A DNA stretch of 64,000 nucleotides from Candidatus Heimdallarchaeota archaeon (GTDB lineage: Archaea; Asgardarchaeota; Heimdallarchaeia; Heimdallarchaeales; Heimdallarchaeaceae): positions 1 through 64,000 of the forward strand of contig JAAFKI010000124.1 in NCBI GenBank assembly GCA_021399345.1, read 5' to 3'. Within the stretch, counting starts at the first letter, position 1. Each line of letters begins with the position of its first letter. Positions 19,419 to 27,913 of the stretch are shown here, piece after piece. The notes beneath the pieces were generated by a model. It had not been told where the DNA came from. It saw nothing but the letters and a program-made list of their open reading frames with translations, and made no database searches. The translations under genes and the position numbers were made by a program.

Positions 19419-20327
19419 TTGAATAAAAACAAATGTTTCTCTCTTCTATTAACATTTTTGTTTCTTAATGTTCTAGTTGTTTCAACAGATGTTGTTGCGG
19501 ATAAGCAATATGAAATTCTTTCGGGAGAGAGTTTAATATTAAGTTTCTCTGAAACGGTTTTTAGTTTAATGAATATTGAAATTGATAATTCAATTTCTAA
19601 CAAACCTTTCAATTTTGAGCTGAAAAATCAGTATGACATCGTGATAGCTTCAAGAACCAATTACACACACAATCTAGTAATATCTTTTGTTGGGAGTGGT
19701 AATTATACAGCATTAATATCAAATATCAATACTGAAACTATCGAAGTTTCAATTATTCAAGAAAGTTTCAAACTGAGTTTAAATGATGAAATAGATGGTT
19801 TTTCATATAAGGAGAAAATTTATTGTTGGTACTTTAATTCAAACGAAATTTCTACATATAAGATTCTTCCAGTTGAATCCTTAAATAAAGTGAAATATTT
19901 CGATATGTATGTAATCGCTTTAGCAGAAGATATTCATTCAAATATATGGTTATCAAGCAAGCATCCAAGCGAGGGAGCAGAATGGAACAATTATTTGGAT
20001 CCCTATGACTATGAGATAAATTCTAAAAAACTAATACGATTAGAAAGAGATGTTAATTGGATTGTATATGATATATATGAATCAAGTAGTTATGATGTTC
20101 TCATCTTTTTAAAATCCACAATTGCTGGAAACATACTGATTACTATAGTTGGTATAAGTGCTGGTGTCGTTGGAATTGTCATTTTCGTGTTGTATTATCA
20201 TAATCCATTGAAGTTACGTAAGCGTAAAGTAGATGGAAAATCATATGATACTACAAAAGTTAATTATGAAAGTCCTAAAGATGTTACTGATACTTTAAGA
20301 GAATTATTAACTTCAGAAGAAGATTGA
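19419..20327 (+). CDS. Hypothetical single-pass surface protein
   Basis: Signal peptide after TTG 19419, beta-rich ectodomain with NxT/S sequons, C-terminal TM and basic tail. Confidence 0.7.
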   Translation: MNKNKCFSLLLTFLFLNVLVVSTDVVADKQYEILSGESLILSFSETVFSLMNIEIDNSISNKPFNFELKNQYDIVIASRTNYTHNLVISFVGSGNYTALISNINTETIEVSIIQESFKLSLNDEIDGFSYKEKIYCWYFNSNEISTYKILPVESLNKVKYFDMYVIALAEDIHSNIWLSSKHPSEGAEWNNYLDPYDYEINSKKLIRLERDVNWIVYDIYESSSYDVLIFLKSTIAGNILITIVGISAGVVGIVIFVLYYHNPLKLRKRKVDGKSYDTTKVNYESPKDVTDTLRELLTSEED

Positions 20328-20363
20328 GGTAATTATTAAAAAATAGAAAGAAAAAAGAGTGTT

Positions 20364-20747
20364 TTACTCTACTTTTACTTCTTTTTCATATTTCCAAAAA
20401 CCGTGTATGTTACAATAAGATGTTGCAATAAGCTTTCCTGGTTTGTCAGTTTTTAATTGAAAAACTGCATAAGGTTCTGAATAAACACCGCTTGTATCAG
20501 GTCCTTTTATTGAAGCTCCATGAGCATCAAAATTGGCTAGACCAAGTTGATAGGGGTATTTCTCGCCTTCAGGCCAGAACATTAGTTTTATCCAAGAAAT
20601 ATGATGCTCTGTTTTGTTAGGGTGAGCAATTTCTTTTCCAACACTAACAGTTACAAGAGCTTTTTCTCCAGCTTTAATAACATCTGCAATTTCAATAACA
20701 GGTACATGTTTTTCTGTTTTCCAATCAGCTGTTCCATATAATTCCAT
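20364..20747 (-). CDS. sor: Superoxide reductase (neelaredoxin / class II SORL)
   Basis: EKHVP, HPNKTEHHISWI and YCNIHG motifs; SD AGGTGA. Confidence 0.93.
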   Translation of the reverse strand: MELYGTADWKTEKHVPVIEIADVIKAGEKALVTVSVGKEIAHPNKTEHHISWIKLMFWPEGEKYPYQLGLANFDAHGASIKGPDTSGVYSEPYAVFQLKTDKPGKLIATSYCNIHGFWKYEKEVKVE

Positions 20748-20828
20748 AGGAAATCACCTAACCCTAGAAAAAACACAGCTATAAATAAATTTCTTGGAAA
20801 GACAAAAATAAAAGTAAATAGAAAAAAA

Positions 20829-21332
20829 CTACTCGTCGTAATCTTCGTAAGTTGTTGTTAGGGGTTCATCTTCATCATATTCATCTTCATCGTCTAGTAC
20901 TGATGCTTCAAGAGGAACAGTAGAGGATAAAGGAGATGATACAGCTGCAGGTGTAGGTTCGTCGCTATCATGTGTTCTTATATCAGATTCAGCTTCCTTT
21001 AGTTCAAATTCAAGTTTTTCCAGATCTTCTTCAACTTTTAGTATTTTTCTTTCTAATTCCTTAAGCTTGTAATCCCTTTCTGCAATTGAAGCTTCTTTTT
21101 TCTTTGCAGCAACTTCACTTTTCAAAGCTTTATCTGGTACTCCTTGATTTTCAAAACCTGCTTTCTTGACTAGATTTTCTTCTCGATCTTTGTTATCTTT
21201 TGCTCTCTTCTTGTTTTCGTTGGCTATTTTTTTCTTAAGATCTTGTATGTCACCAAGCTTCTTGTAAATGTCTTCTTCAATGTCATACTTTTTCTCCAAG
21301 AGTTTGAAATATTGAACTTTATGCTCACTCAT
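20829..21332 (-). CDS. Hypothetical coiled-coil protein with acidic tail
   Basis: K/E-rich heptads, then a Pro/Ser linker and DDEDEYDEDE...YEDYDE. Confidence 0.7.
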   Translation of the reverse strand: MSEHKVQYFKLLEKKYDIEEDIYKKLGDIQDLKKKIANENKKRAKDNKDREENLVKKAGFENQGVPDKALKSEVAAKKKEASIAERDYKLKELERKILKVEEDLEKLEFELKEAESDIRTHDSDEPTPAAVSSPLSSTVPLEASVLDDEDEYDEDEPLTTTYEDYDE

Positions 21333-21522
21333 AATAATCCAATAAAATAAGGAAGAACATATTTTTAAGTTTACTCAATTAGGGGACAATAGTGTGAAAA
21401 TAGCTAATTTGTACTCACTTAGTGACATAACTATTCAATCGAGAGAGAAAAGAAAAATTTAAGAACAAAGCAGAATGGAAAAAAGTGTAGATGATTAATC
21501 TACAAAAAATCAAAAAGGAGTC

Positions 21523-21676
21523 CGGGCTTTAGCTCAGTGGCTTAGAGCTCTCGGCTGTAGTCAATAGACACCCTTGTGAGCAATGATCAAGGTGTCAGCG
21601 GGAGAAACCGAGCGGTCCCGTGTTCAAAAGATTTCAGATGCGTTCTGAAAATTTGAAAATCACGGAAGCCCGACCA
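21523..21676 (+). tRNA. trnY: tRNA-Tyr(GTA) with two introns (21561-21606 at 37/38; 21629-21659 at 59/60) and encoded CCA
   Basis: Acceptor CGGGCTT/AAGCCCG with A73 and CCA; D stem GCTC/GAGC; anticodon stem CTCGG/CCGAG with GTA at 21557-21559; T stem CCGTG/CACGG; BHB motifs. Confidence 0.92.
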
Positions 21677-21678
21677 CT

Positions 21679-22434
21679 TTATCTTTTTCTACCTATTGCA
21701 TAAAAAACAGGAATGAAAATAGTTCTTTTGTTTTCATTTATTATCTCTTTTTCCGCTATTATTTTATTTCTGAACTCCTCTTTTGAAATTAATTTTGATT
21801 CATAAATAAGTCTCCATTCTTGCTCAATATTCATCAAGAGGTTTTCCTTATCCCACACTTGTGCAATTACACCTATTGAAGTATCGAGGTTAGCTGTTTC
21901 GAATAAAGTTTTGAGTTTTCTTCCCATGAAAGGATCAGCACCTTCACTCTTCAGATAATCTGTATGATACTTCCCTAAATTATACTCTGGGTATTCTAAC
22001 CAGCCCCCATAATCTGGTTCTGCTAACGCCGCTACAAACCCTCGTTTCTTACACACTCTACTCATTTCCTTAATTGCTTTCTCAGGTTTAGATAACCATA
22101 GAAAGAGATATTGACAGAGCACAATGTCAAACATACCAGATCTCATTGAGAGTTTCTCAACATTTTCCCGCTTAAAGTTAACATTTTTCACGTTCTCTTC
22201 TGCAAAAGAAAGCATAGATTTATCATGATCAACTGCAGTGATTTTTGCTCGAGTTCTTTTCCTTAGTTCATCTGTAATAATACCTGTTCCACACCCCACC
22301 TCTAAAACTTTCTTTGCTCCTCGCAAGTTTATTTGAGGATATATTTTGTTCCTAACAGATTCTGTCCATTTAGCTTGGCGGACAAATTGCTCATGGATTT
22401 GTGGACCCCAGTTAACATCTTCTCTGTTTGTCAT
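21679..22434 (-). CDS. Class I SAM-dependent methyltransferase (third gene of the radical SAM operon)
   Basis: VLEVGCGTG, FDIVLCQYLFLW and ALAEPDYGG motifs; ATGA overlap with the radical SAM stop. Confidence 0.9.
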   Translation of the reverse strand: MTNREDVNWGPQIHEQFVRQAKWTESVRNKIYPQINLRGAKKVLEVGCGTGIITDELRKRTRAKITAVDHDKSMLSFAEENVKNVNFKRENVEKLSMRSGMFDIVLCQYLFLWLSKPEKAIKEMSRVCKKRGFVAALAEPDYGGWLEYPEYNLGKYHTDYLKSEGADPFMGRKLKTLFETANLDTSIGVIAQVWDKENLLMNIEQEWRLIYESKLISKEEFRNKIIAEKEIINENKRTIFIPVFYAIGRKR

Positions 22435-23735
22435 GAAAATGCTTCCTTACAGATATTGGAGGAGGTAGTGTAATTCAAGGGACATCCACCTCCACAAAGC
22501 TCTCTTTCTGGACAATCTAAACATTCTTCTGGGAGGTATTCCATCTTGCGAAGATTTTTAGATACCTTATGATTCCAAATCTTTCTCCATTTAGTTGTAA
22601 GTATATTTCCTAAGGGTTCAAAATAGCTTTGACAAGGGAGTACAGCTCCATCAGGTTCAATAGCCATTGCGATATGAGATGCTGAGCACTGTTTCATCCC
22701 TAATCCCTTTTCAATAGGATTGAAGTCACAATATCTTGTAGGACTATACCAAATGAAAGACATTTCTTTTTTCTCTGCAGTTTTTAGAATCTTTGTAAGA
22801 ACTTTATCTAGTTCTTCAAGAGGGAGAGCTAATTCTTTTTGTTTTCCTCCACCGGATTTTATAATGCTATTTGCTGCAAAATGATCAATTCCCAAAGAAC
22901 CTAAAAATTCAACTGTCTTTTCTATTTCTTTGACATTAAATGGAGTTAGGGTTGTATTTGTCATGATATAAACTGGAGTTGGGACAACATTCTTTATTCC
23001 TTGTACAGTTTCTTTCCATGCTCCTTTAACTCCACACAATTGGTCATGAATCTTTGAATCATGACTCTCTATTGTTAATTGAAAATGATCTATTCCAGCT
23101 GTAACAAGCTTATCTACTAGAGCCTTATCTTTTAATTCTCTACCGTTTGTAATCAAGCCTGTTATAATCCCTAAATCTTCAGCATATTCCACTAAATCTG
23201 GCAGGTCTTTTCTAAGTGTAGGTTCTCCTCCTGTAAATGTAACATGTGGTACACCTATGTCCCACAGTTTGTCTAGAACTAGCTTCCATTCGCCTGTTGA
23301 TAGTTCCTTAATTTCTCTTGGAGTTTCAACATAACATTTAGTACATTTACTATTGCATTTGTATGTTAGAGCTAAATCCATCCTTAAAGGAGCAGAAAAA
23401 TGAGTCTCGTTTAAAGGACTTATATCTTGAGATAAATGCTGAACAGGATCTATATCAGGTGTTATCATAAGTTCATTAATAGATGTTTTAAGCTCACGAA
23501 GGTCAATTTCTAACTGTTCAATCGATACTCTGTATTTCTTCTTCATTTCGAATAAAATATCAACATCTTCTTTACCTTCAATAATCCGTGAAACAAAATC
23601 TGTTGCAGTTTTGTTTAGATGAAGGATTCTTGTAGCATTAACTAGTAATAAACCTGTTCCACCCTTTTCCTTTCTAAGATGCATTCTAGCAGTAGTATCA
23701 AGATTTCTTTGATGAAAAACTCTATCCTTACCCAT
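22431..23735 (-). CDS. Radical SAM/SPASM peptide maturase with N-terminal PqqD/RRE-like domain
   Basis: CNSKCTKC, FTGGEP, ITNG; SPASM motifs C..S...IEPDG.VLPC and CLDC...CGGGC; N-terminal LHLNKTA...KKKY.V...L..D winged-helix pattern; TAATG overlap. Confidence 0.9.
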   Translation of the reverse strand: MGKDRVFHQRNLDTTARMHLRKEKGGTGLLLVNATRILHLNKTATDFVSRIIEGKEDVDILFEMKKKYRVSIEQLEIDLRELKTSINELMITPDIDPVQHLSQDISPLNETHFSAPLRMDLALTYKCNSKCTKCYVETPREIKELSTGEWKLVLDKLWDIGVPHVTFTGGEPTLRKDLPDLVEYAEDLGIITGLITNGRELKDKALVDKLVTAGIDHFQLTIESHDSKIHDQLCGVKGAWKETVQGIKNVVPTPVYIMTNTTLTPFNVKEIEKTVEFLGSLGIDHFAANSIIKSGGGKQKELALPLEELDKVLTKILKTAEKKEMSFIWYSPTRYCDFNPIEKGLGMKQCSASHIAMAIEPDGAVLPCQSYFEPLGNILTTKWRKIWNHKVSKNLRKMEYLPEECLDCPERELCGGGCPLNYTTSSNICKEAFS

Positions 23736-25417
23736 TATCTTCCACCTCCAGCACATGCGCAAGCACAAGCACATGCACAAGCACAGCCCCCTCCACTGTA
23801 ACTTCTTCCACCACTACTTGATCTAGTTGGTGGAGGTCGAGTTATATTTTTCACAGAATCACGTAATGAGCCAGGTTTATGCACCAACCCAGACATGAAA
23901 CTTTGGACAGGAGCTGTATGAGATATTCTTCCCTGTCGACTTATTTGCATAAAAGGTCCTATACTTTTATGTCTTCTGCGAGATATGCTTGAACCAATTG
24001 CATAATAATAGTAACTTCTCACATACCAACCAGGATAATAATAAGTTCCTCCATATTTCTCCAAACGCTGGTCATAATTTTCATCTACCATAATCCAAAG
24101 GAAGGCATTAAGCAGTTCTGGATTTGATTTACTCATTTCCTGCCATGCTTTATCTATTATTGATTCATAATAATCCCTTGTTTTTCTAGCAGAAAAGCCT
24201 TTCATTTTTTTAGCTACACTTTTTATTTGAGCAACTAGTGCATTTTTCAAATCAGTTTGATGAACAGGTTCTTTTGGTATTGTTCCTGAAGCTGCTCCTC
24301 TCTTCCACTTTTCATCTTCTTTGTTCCTTTTTCGTATACCAACAATCATTGATTTATGTGGTTTTGAAAATTCAGCTATAGTAGCATCTGTAGCAGCAAT
24401 ATCTAATCTTAACTCAGGTTCCCTTGTTCTAATATTTAGATACCCTTTTTCCATTAATTCAAATAGCATTAAAGAAGCAACTTGTGTTAAAGGTCTTTCA
24501 AAAAGTAATGCAACTTCAGAGGGGGCCAGATCTTCTCTAACTCCTCCTCCTAATGAACTAATAGAGGGCGGGAGATATCGTCTAGAGTTTCTTATTTTTC
24601 TAAATATGTACATAATCACAGCTAGTACAATTATGCAAGCTATTGCAGTTGCCATGGGGTATCTTATCATACTGCCCCATACTAATAAAGTCCAAAACGA
24701 ATTGAATGTTTTTGAATATTCTTCAGGAAATGCTACCCCTACTTCATAGCTGAAATATGGTGTTCCTATTGAAGAAAACTGTACATAAGGACCCTCAGGT
24801 GAACTTGCAACCCTGGTAAATTCTGCCATATCTGCAATTCTATAATCAACTTCCGAAATATCTGTGAGGTCTTCAGGGAAATAAAATCTAACAGTTCTGT
24901 TTGTTGATCCGGACGAATAGTCTATCCCATACCATGTTTGATAAAACACAACTGAAGCTAAACCTTCTTGATTATCATTGTAAACCATTTTAGGATTGTG
25001 ACATTCAACCTCTAAGATTCCAGTTTGACCAGCATAAATATAACCTACTTCATCAAGCCAAATCTCTACACCGATATCAATATATTCACTTTTTCTTATA
25101 TCTGTAACTTCTGTCCCATTTAACCAAGCTTTTACAGATTTTAGCTGGTAGTAAACATTAGGGAAACCAACATCAACTACATCTATTGCTTGACCTAAAA
25201 CAGGGTCGTTAACAAACTCAAATCTATAATAAATGTCAATGGATCCATTATCATTTATTGATATTTCAGTGTATATTGATGGAACCTCAAAGTAATAATC
25301 TTCCATTCTTGGATTAGACAAAGTCACATCATTTTCTTTTGCTATTGAAAACGATGGTGATAAGCTGATAGATAAAATCACAATACTAAGAAACACAAAT
25401 ATTTTTTTCAAAGTCAT
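23735..25417 (-). CDS. DUF2207-like membrane protein with C-terminal GGG(CA)6GGGR tail
   Basis: Signal peptide, I.INDNGSIDI.Y ectodomain, TM, LAPSEVALL and LMEKGYL motifs, Gly/Ser-rich tail; SD AAGGGGAG before ATG 25417. Confidence 0.85.
   Translation of the reverse strand: MTLKKIFVFLSIVILSISLSPSFSIAKENDVTLSNPRMEDYYFEVPSIYTEISINDNGSIDIYYRFEFVNDPVLGQAIDVVDVGFPNVYYQLKSVKAWLNGTEVTDIRKSEYIDIGVEIWLDEVGYIYAGQTGILEVECHNPKMVYNDNQEGLASVVFYQTWYGIDYSSGSTNRTVRFYFPEDLTDISEVDYRIADMAEFTRVASSPEGPYVQFSSIGTPYFSYEVGVAFPEEYSKTFNSFWTLLVWGSMIRYPMATAIACIIVLAVIMYIFRKIRNSRRYLPPSISSLGGGVREDLAPSEVALLFERPLTQVASLMLFELMEKGYLNIRTREPELRLDIAATDATIAEFSKPHKSMIVGIRKRNKEDEKWKRGAASGTIPKEPVHQTDLKNALVAQIKSVAKKMKGFSARKTRDYYESIIDKAWQEMSKSNPELLNAFLWIMVDENYDQRLEKYGGTYYYPGWYVRSYYYYAIGSSISRRRHKSIGPFMQISRQGRISHTAPVQSFMSGLVHKPGSLRDSVKNITRPPPTRSSSGGRSYSGGGCACACACACACAGGGR
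23750..23785 (-). repeat. Six Cys-Ala codon pairs
   Basis: TGT GCT TGT GCA TGT GCT TGT GCT TGC GCA TGT GCT; synonymous variation between units. Confidence 0.95.
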
Positions 25418-25566
25418 TATATCTCCCCTTCTATTTTCGATTATGAGTACTAAACTTTTTCCATCGCATGAGTGAATTCTGTAGATAAAATACAAACCCA
25501 TGTTTGACAGGCATATTGAATTCACATCTATTTTTAATTGAAGAAGTAGAACTGGAGTTTAATCAT

Positions 25567-26274
25567 CTAGAAGAACAAATGCTCTTCTGCTTCTCTGTCC
25601 TTTTTTTTCTTTCTTCGCTTTCTTTTCTTAATAGGTTCTTCTTTAGGCTTAACAGGTTCATCCACATCAATTTCTTTATCTAGTTTAGTAGCTATCTCCA
25701 CTAAAGTTTTGTATAACAAAGAACGCATTTTGAATTTTGTTTCTTCATCAAAAATAGTTTTCAAAGAAGCATAAACAGTTTGATTTGCATATTTAGGGAT
25801 TATACTTAGAGCAATTTGTCTAGGATATACATCGTGATCATTCTTAATGGTTTCCAAGATTAATTTTCTCATTTCGACTTTTTTTAGTTTCTTTCTTTCG
25901 TGCAATTTTCTAAGGGCAGCAGATCTAACAACGTCATTTAGATCATTTTTCGCAATATTCAGAAGCATCTCATCAGTATTTGAAGTAGACATGTCACCAA
26001 GTGATTCAGTTATAGCTAATCTAACATTTCTATCTCTTTCATAAGCATAAAGCTCACTCAATTTTTGCGCTATTTCACTATCTTCAAATTTTTTGACCGT
26101 CATTACAGCTTTAATTCGAATTTTATAGTATTTGTCACTCTCACTTATCTGAATAAGAAAATCTACCAAATTCTGACTTTTTTGTTCATTTCCTAATTTG
26201 TCCAATAACTCAAATTTAGCAAAATCGGGAGAATTTTTGAATTTCTTCATCATTTTAGCTAATTCTTGTTCCAT
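25567..26274 (-). CDS. HEAT repeat protein with polybasic C-terminal patch
   Basis: VRLAITESLG and VRSAALRKL repeats; KKRKRRKKKK near the end. Confidence 0.8.
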   Translation of the reverse strand: MEQELAKMMKKFKNSPDFAKFELLDKLGNEQKSQNLVDFLIQISESDKYYKIRIKAVMTVKKFEDSEIAQKLSELYAYERDRNVRLAITESLGDMSTSNTDEMLLNIAKNDLNDVVRSAALRKLHERKKLKKVEMRKLILETIKNDHDVYPRQIALSIIPKYANQTVYASLKTIFDEETKFKMRSLLYKTLVEIATKLDKEIDVDEPVKPKEEPIKKRKRRKKKKDREAEEHLFF

Positions 26275-26381
26275 TACATCTAAATTACAGTTTGTGCTTT
26301 TATAATTTACTAACAATCCAGTCCAAACTTTTCTTAAATTGGGGTTTTTATAACATAGTAAATGAAATATTATGATTCAAG

Positions 26382-26936
26382 TTGACCACGCTACAGGATA
26401 CTGAAAATATAGAAAAGGAGGGCTTTGCAATCGTATATTTTGCTGATAGTGGTTTTGAGATTTTTGCTTCAGATTTAGACGATGTTAAACTTGAAACAAT
26501 GCTTACAACGTATCCTACATTAATGGGAATCATGCAAAACCAAGAAATAAAGGGATTGGCATCAACAAAAATCAATGAAAAGTCATTCTTGTTAGCCTTT
26601 GCTATAAACCTGAAGAACCTAAATGCAAAGGATACCAGATTAAAATCAAAAACTGCGACAATAATTAACTTCATTGTATCAAGGGAGATATATAAACAGT
26701 TAATGGTTAACTTTGACGAATTCGAGAAGTTTCTAGAAAAATACTTTGAACCAATTGTTTTTCTCTTTGATCTTTATGCTGTAGACTTATCAAGAATAAT
26801 ACCTTTATTTCTTGAAAAACAGAAACGAAAGCAAAAGCTAAAAAGAATAAAGGAGACAAAAGAGGATAATATCTCATTTGCAACAGAGTTTAACGATTGG
26901 TTAAATAGTACAATTTTTGAAAAGAAAAATGTTTGA
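26382..26936 (+). CDS. Hypothetical protein, possible longin/uDENN-like fold
   Basis: 184-aa ORF with TTG start; N-terminal AIVYFADSGFEIF beta-hairpin pattern. Confidence 0.55.
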   Translation: MTTLQDTENIEKEGFAIVYFADSGFEIFASDLDDVKLETMLTTYPTLMGIMQNQEIKGLASTKINEKSFLLAFAINLKNLNAKDTRLKSKTATIINFIVSREIYKQLMVNFDEFEKFLEKYFEPIVFLFDLYAVDLSRIIPLFLEKQKRKQKLKRIKETKEDNISFATEFNDWLNSTIFEKKNV

Positions 26937-26998
26937 TATTTAATGTTATTCCAATAATTTTATTACGCCCTTAAGCATTCGATGATTAGTGACATTTT

Positions 26999-27913
26999 AT
27001 GCTAGAAATAAGATTCCATGGGCGAGGAGGATCAGGCTCAGTTTTAGCATCAAGGGCTTTGGCCAAAGCTGCTTTCTATGAAGGAAAATATGCTGTTTCT
27101 TTTCCTTCTTTTGGTGCTGAGAGAAGAGGATCACTTGTTCTAGCATTTGCACGTATTAATGATAGAAAAATCTTCAGAAGAACGCAAATCTACACCCCTG
27201 ATATTGTTGTTGTTCTTAATGAAGATATTCCAGAGTTGATTGATATTGTCAAAGGATTGAAACCTGAGGGTATAGTTGTTTTAAATTCAACAAAAATGCC
27301 AGAAACGATCATTTTGTCTGAATCCATTAATGTAGGGGTTGTTGGAGCCACAAAAATTGCACAAGATATCCTCGATGAACCAATAACAAACACAGCAATG
27401 TTGGGTGCTTTAGTAAAGAGCACTGGTATAATATCATTGGAAAATCTTGAGAAGGGAATTTATTCAGTTTTCAACAATAGATTAGGAGAAGAAATAGCAA
27501 GAAAAAATGTTGAAATCGCTCGAATTGCATATAAAGAAACAATAATCGGAGTCTCAAAAGCAGGTAAAACTTATGCTGAATCGCGTCCGTGGAGACCAAC
27601 AGTAGATGAACTCCCGTTAGGAACAATTCTTCCAAAATCAGTTCTTCAAAATGGACAAAAAATAGGCCCGGGGGCTGCAAAACGCAGGAAAACTGGAACA
27701 TGGAGCAAAGAAAAAGCAGTAGTTAATCAAGAAAAATGCATTGGGTGTCTAAAATGCTTGTTTCATTGTCCCGAGGGAACAATCTATAGAAATAATGGAA
27801 AAGTTAAGGTGAACAATATATATTGCAAAACATGTGGGATTTGTGTTAGTGTTTGCCCAGTCAATGCTATTTCGATAGAAGAAATAGAAGACTATACGGA
27901 AATCATAGATTGA
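26999..27913 (+). CDS. 2-oxoacid:ferredoxin oxidoreductase gamma-delta fusion
   Basis: EIRFHGRGG, FGAERRG and NTAMLGA (gamma); KTGTW, CIGCLKCLFHCP and YCKTCGICVSVCP (delta). Confidence 0.92.
   Translation: MLEIRFHGRGGSGSVLASRALAKAAFYEGKYAVSFPSFGAERRGSLVLAFARINDRKIFRRTQIYTPDIVVVLNEDIPELIDIVKGLKPEGIVVLNSTKMPETIILSESINVGVVGATKIAQDILDEPITNTAMLGALVKSTGIISLENLEKGIYSVFNNRLGEEIARKNVEIARIAYKETIIGVSKAGKTYAESRPWRPTVDELPLGTILPKSVLQNGQKIGPGAAKRRKTGTWSKEKAVVNQEKCIGCLKCLFHCPEGTIYRNNGKVKVNNIYCKTCGICVSVCPVNAISIEEIEDYTEIID

Noticed and set aside
21486-21504. Inverted repeat TGTAGAT-N5-ATCTACA before the tRNA, and AGAGTAT-T6-ATACTCT at 6384-6403
   Set aside because: 7-bp arms in AT-rich DNA with a single occurrence each; not enough to assign function
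23736-23780. Cys-rich N-terminal extension MCMCLCLRMCWRWKI of the radical SAM ORF
   Set aside because: It is the alternate-frame reading of the (CA)6 tail; the TAATG overlap points to ATG 23735 as the true start
21660-25417. Radical SAM operon as an island integrated at the tRNA-Tyr 3' end (it stops 2 bp from the CCA)
   Set aside because: I saw no integrase, no duplicated tRNA 3' end and no obvious compositional shift in the window
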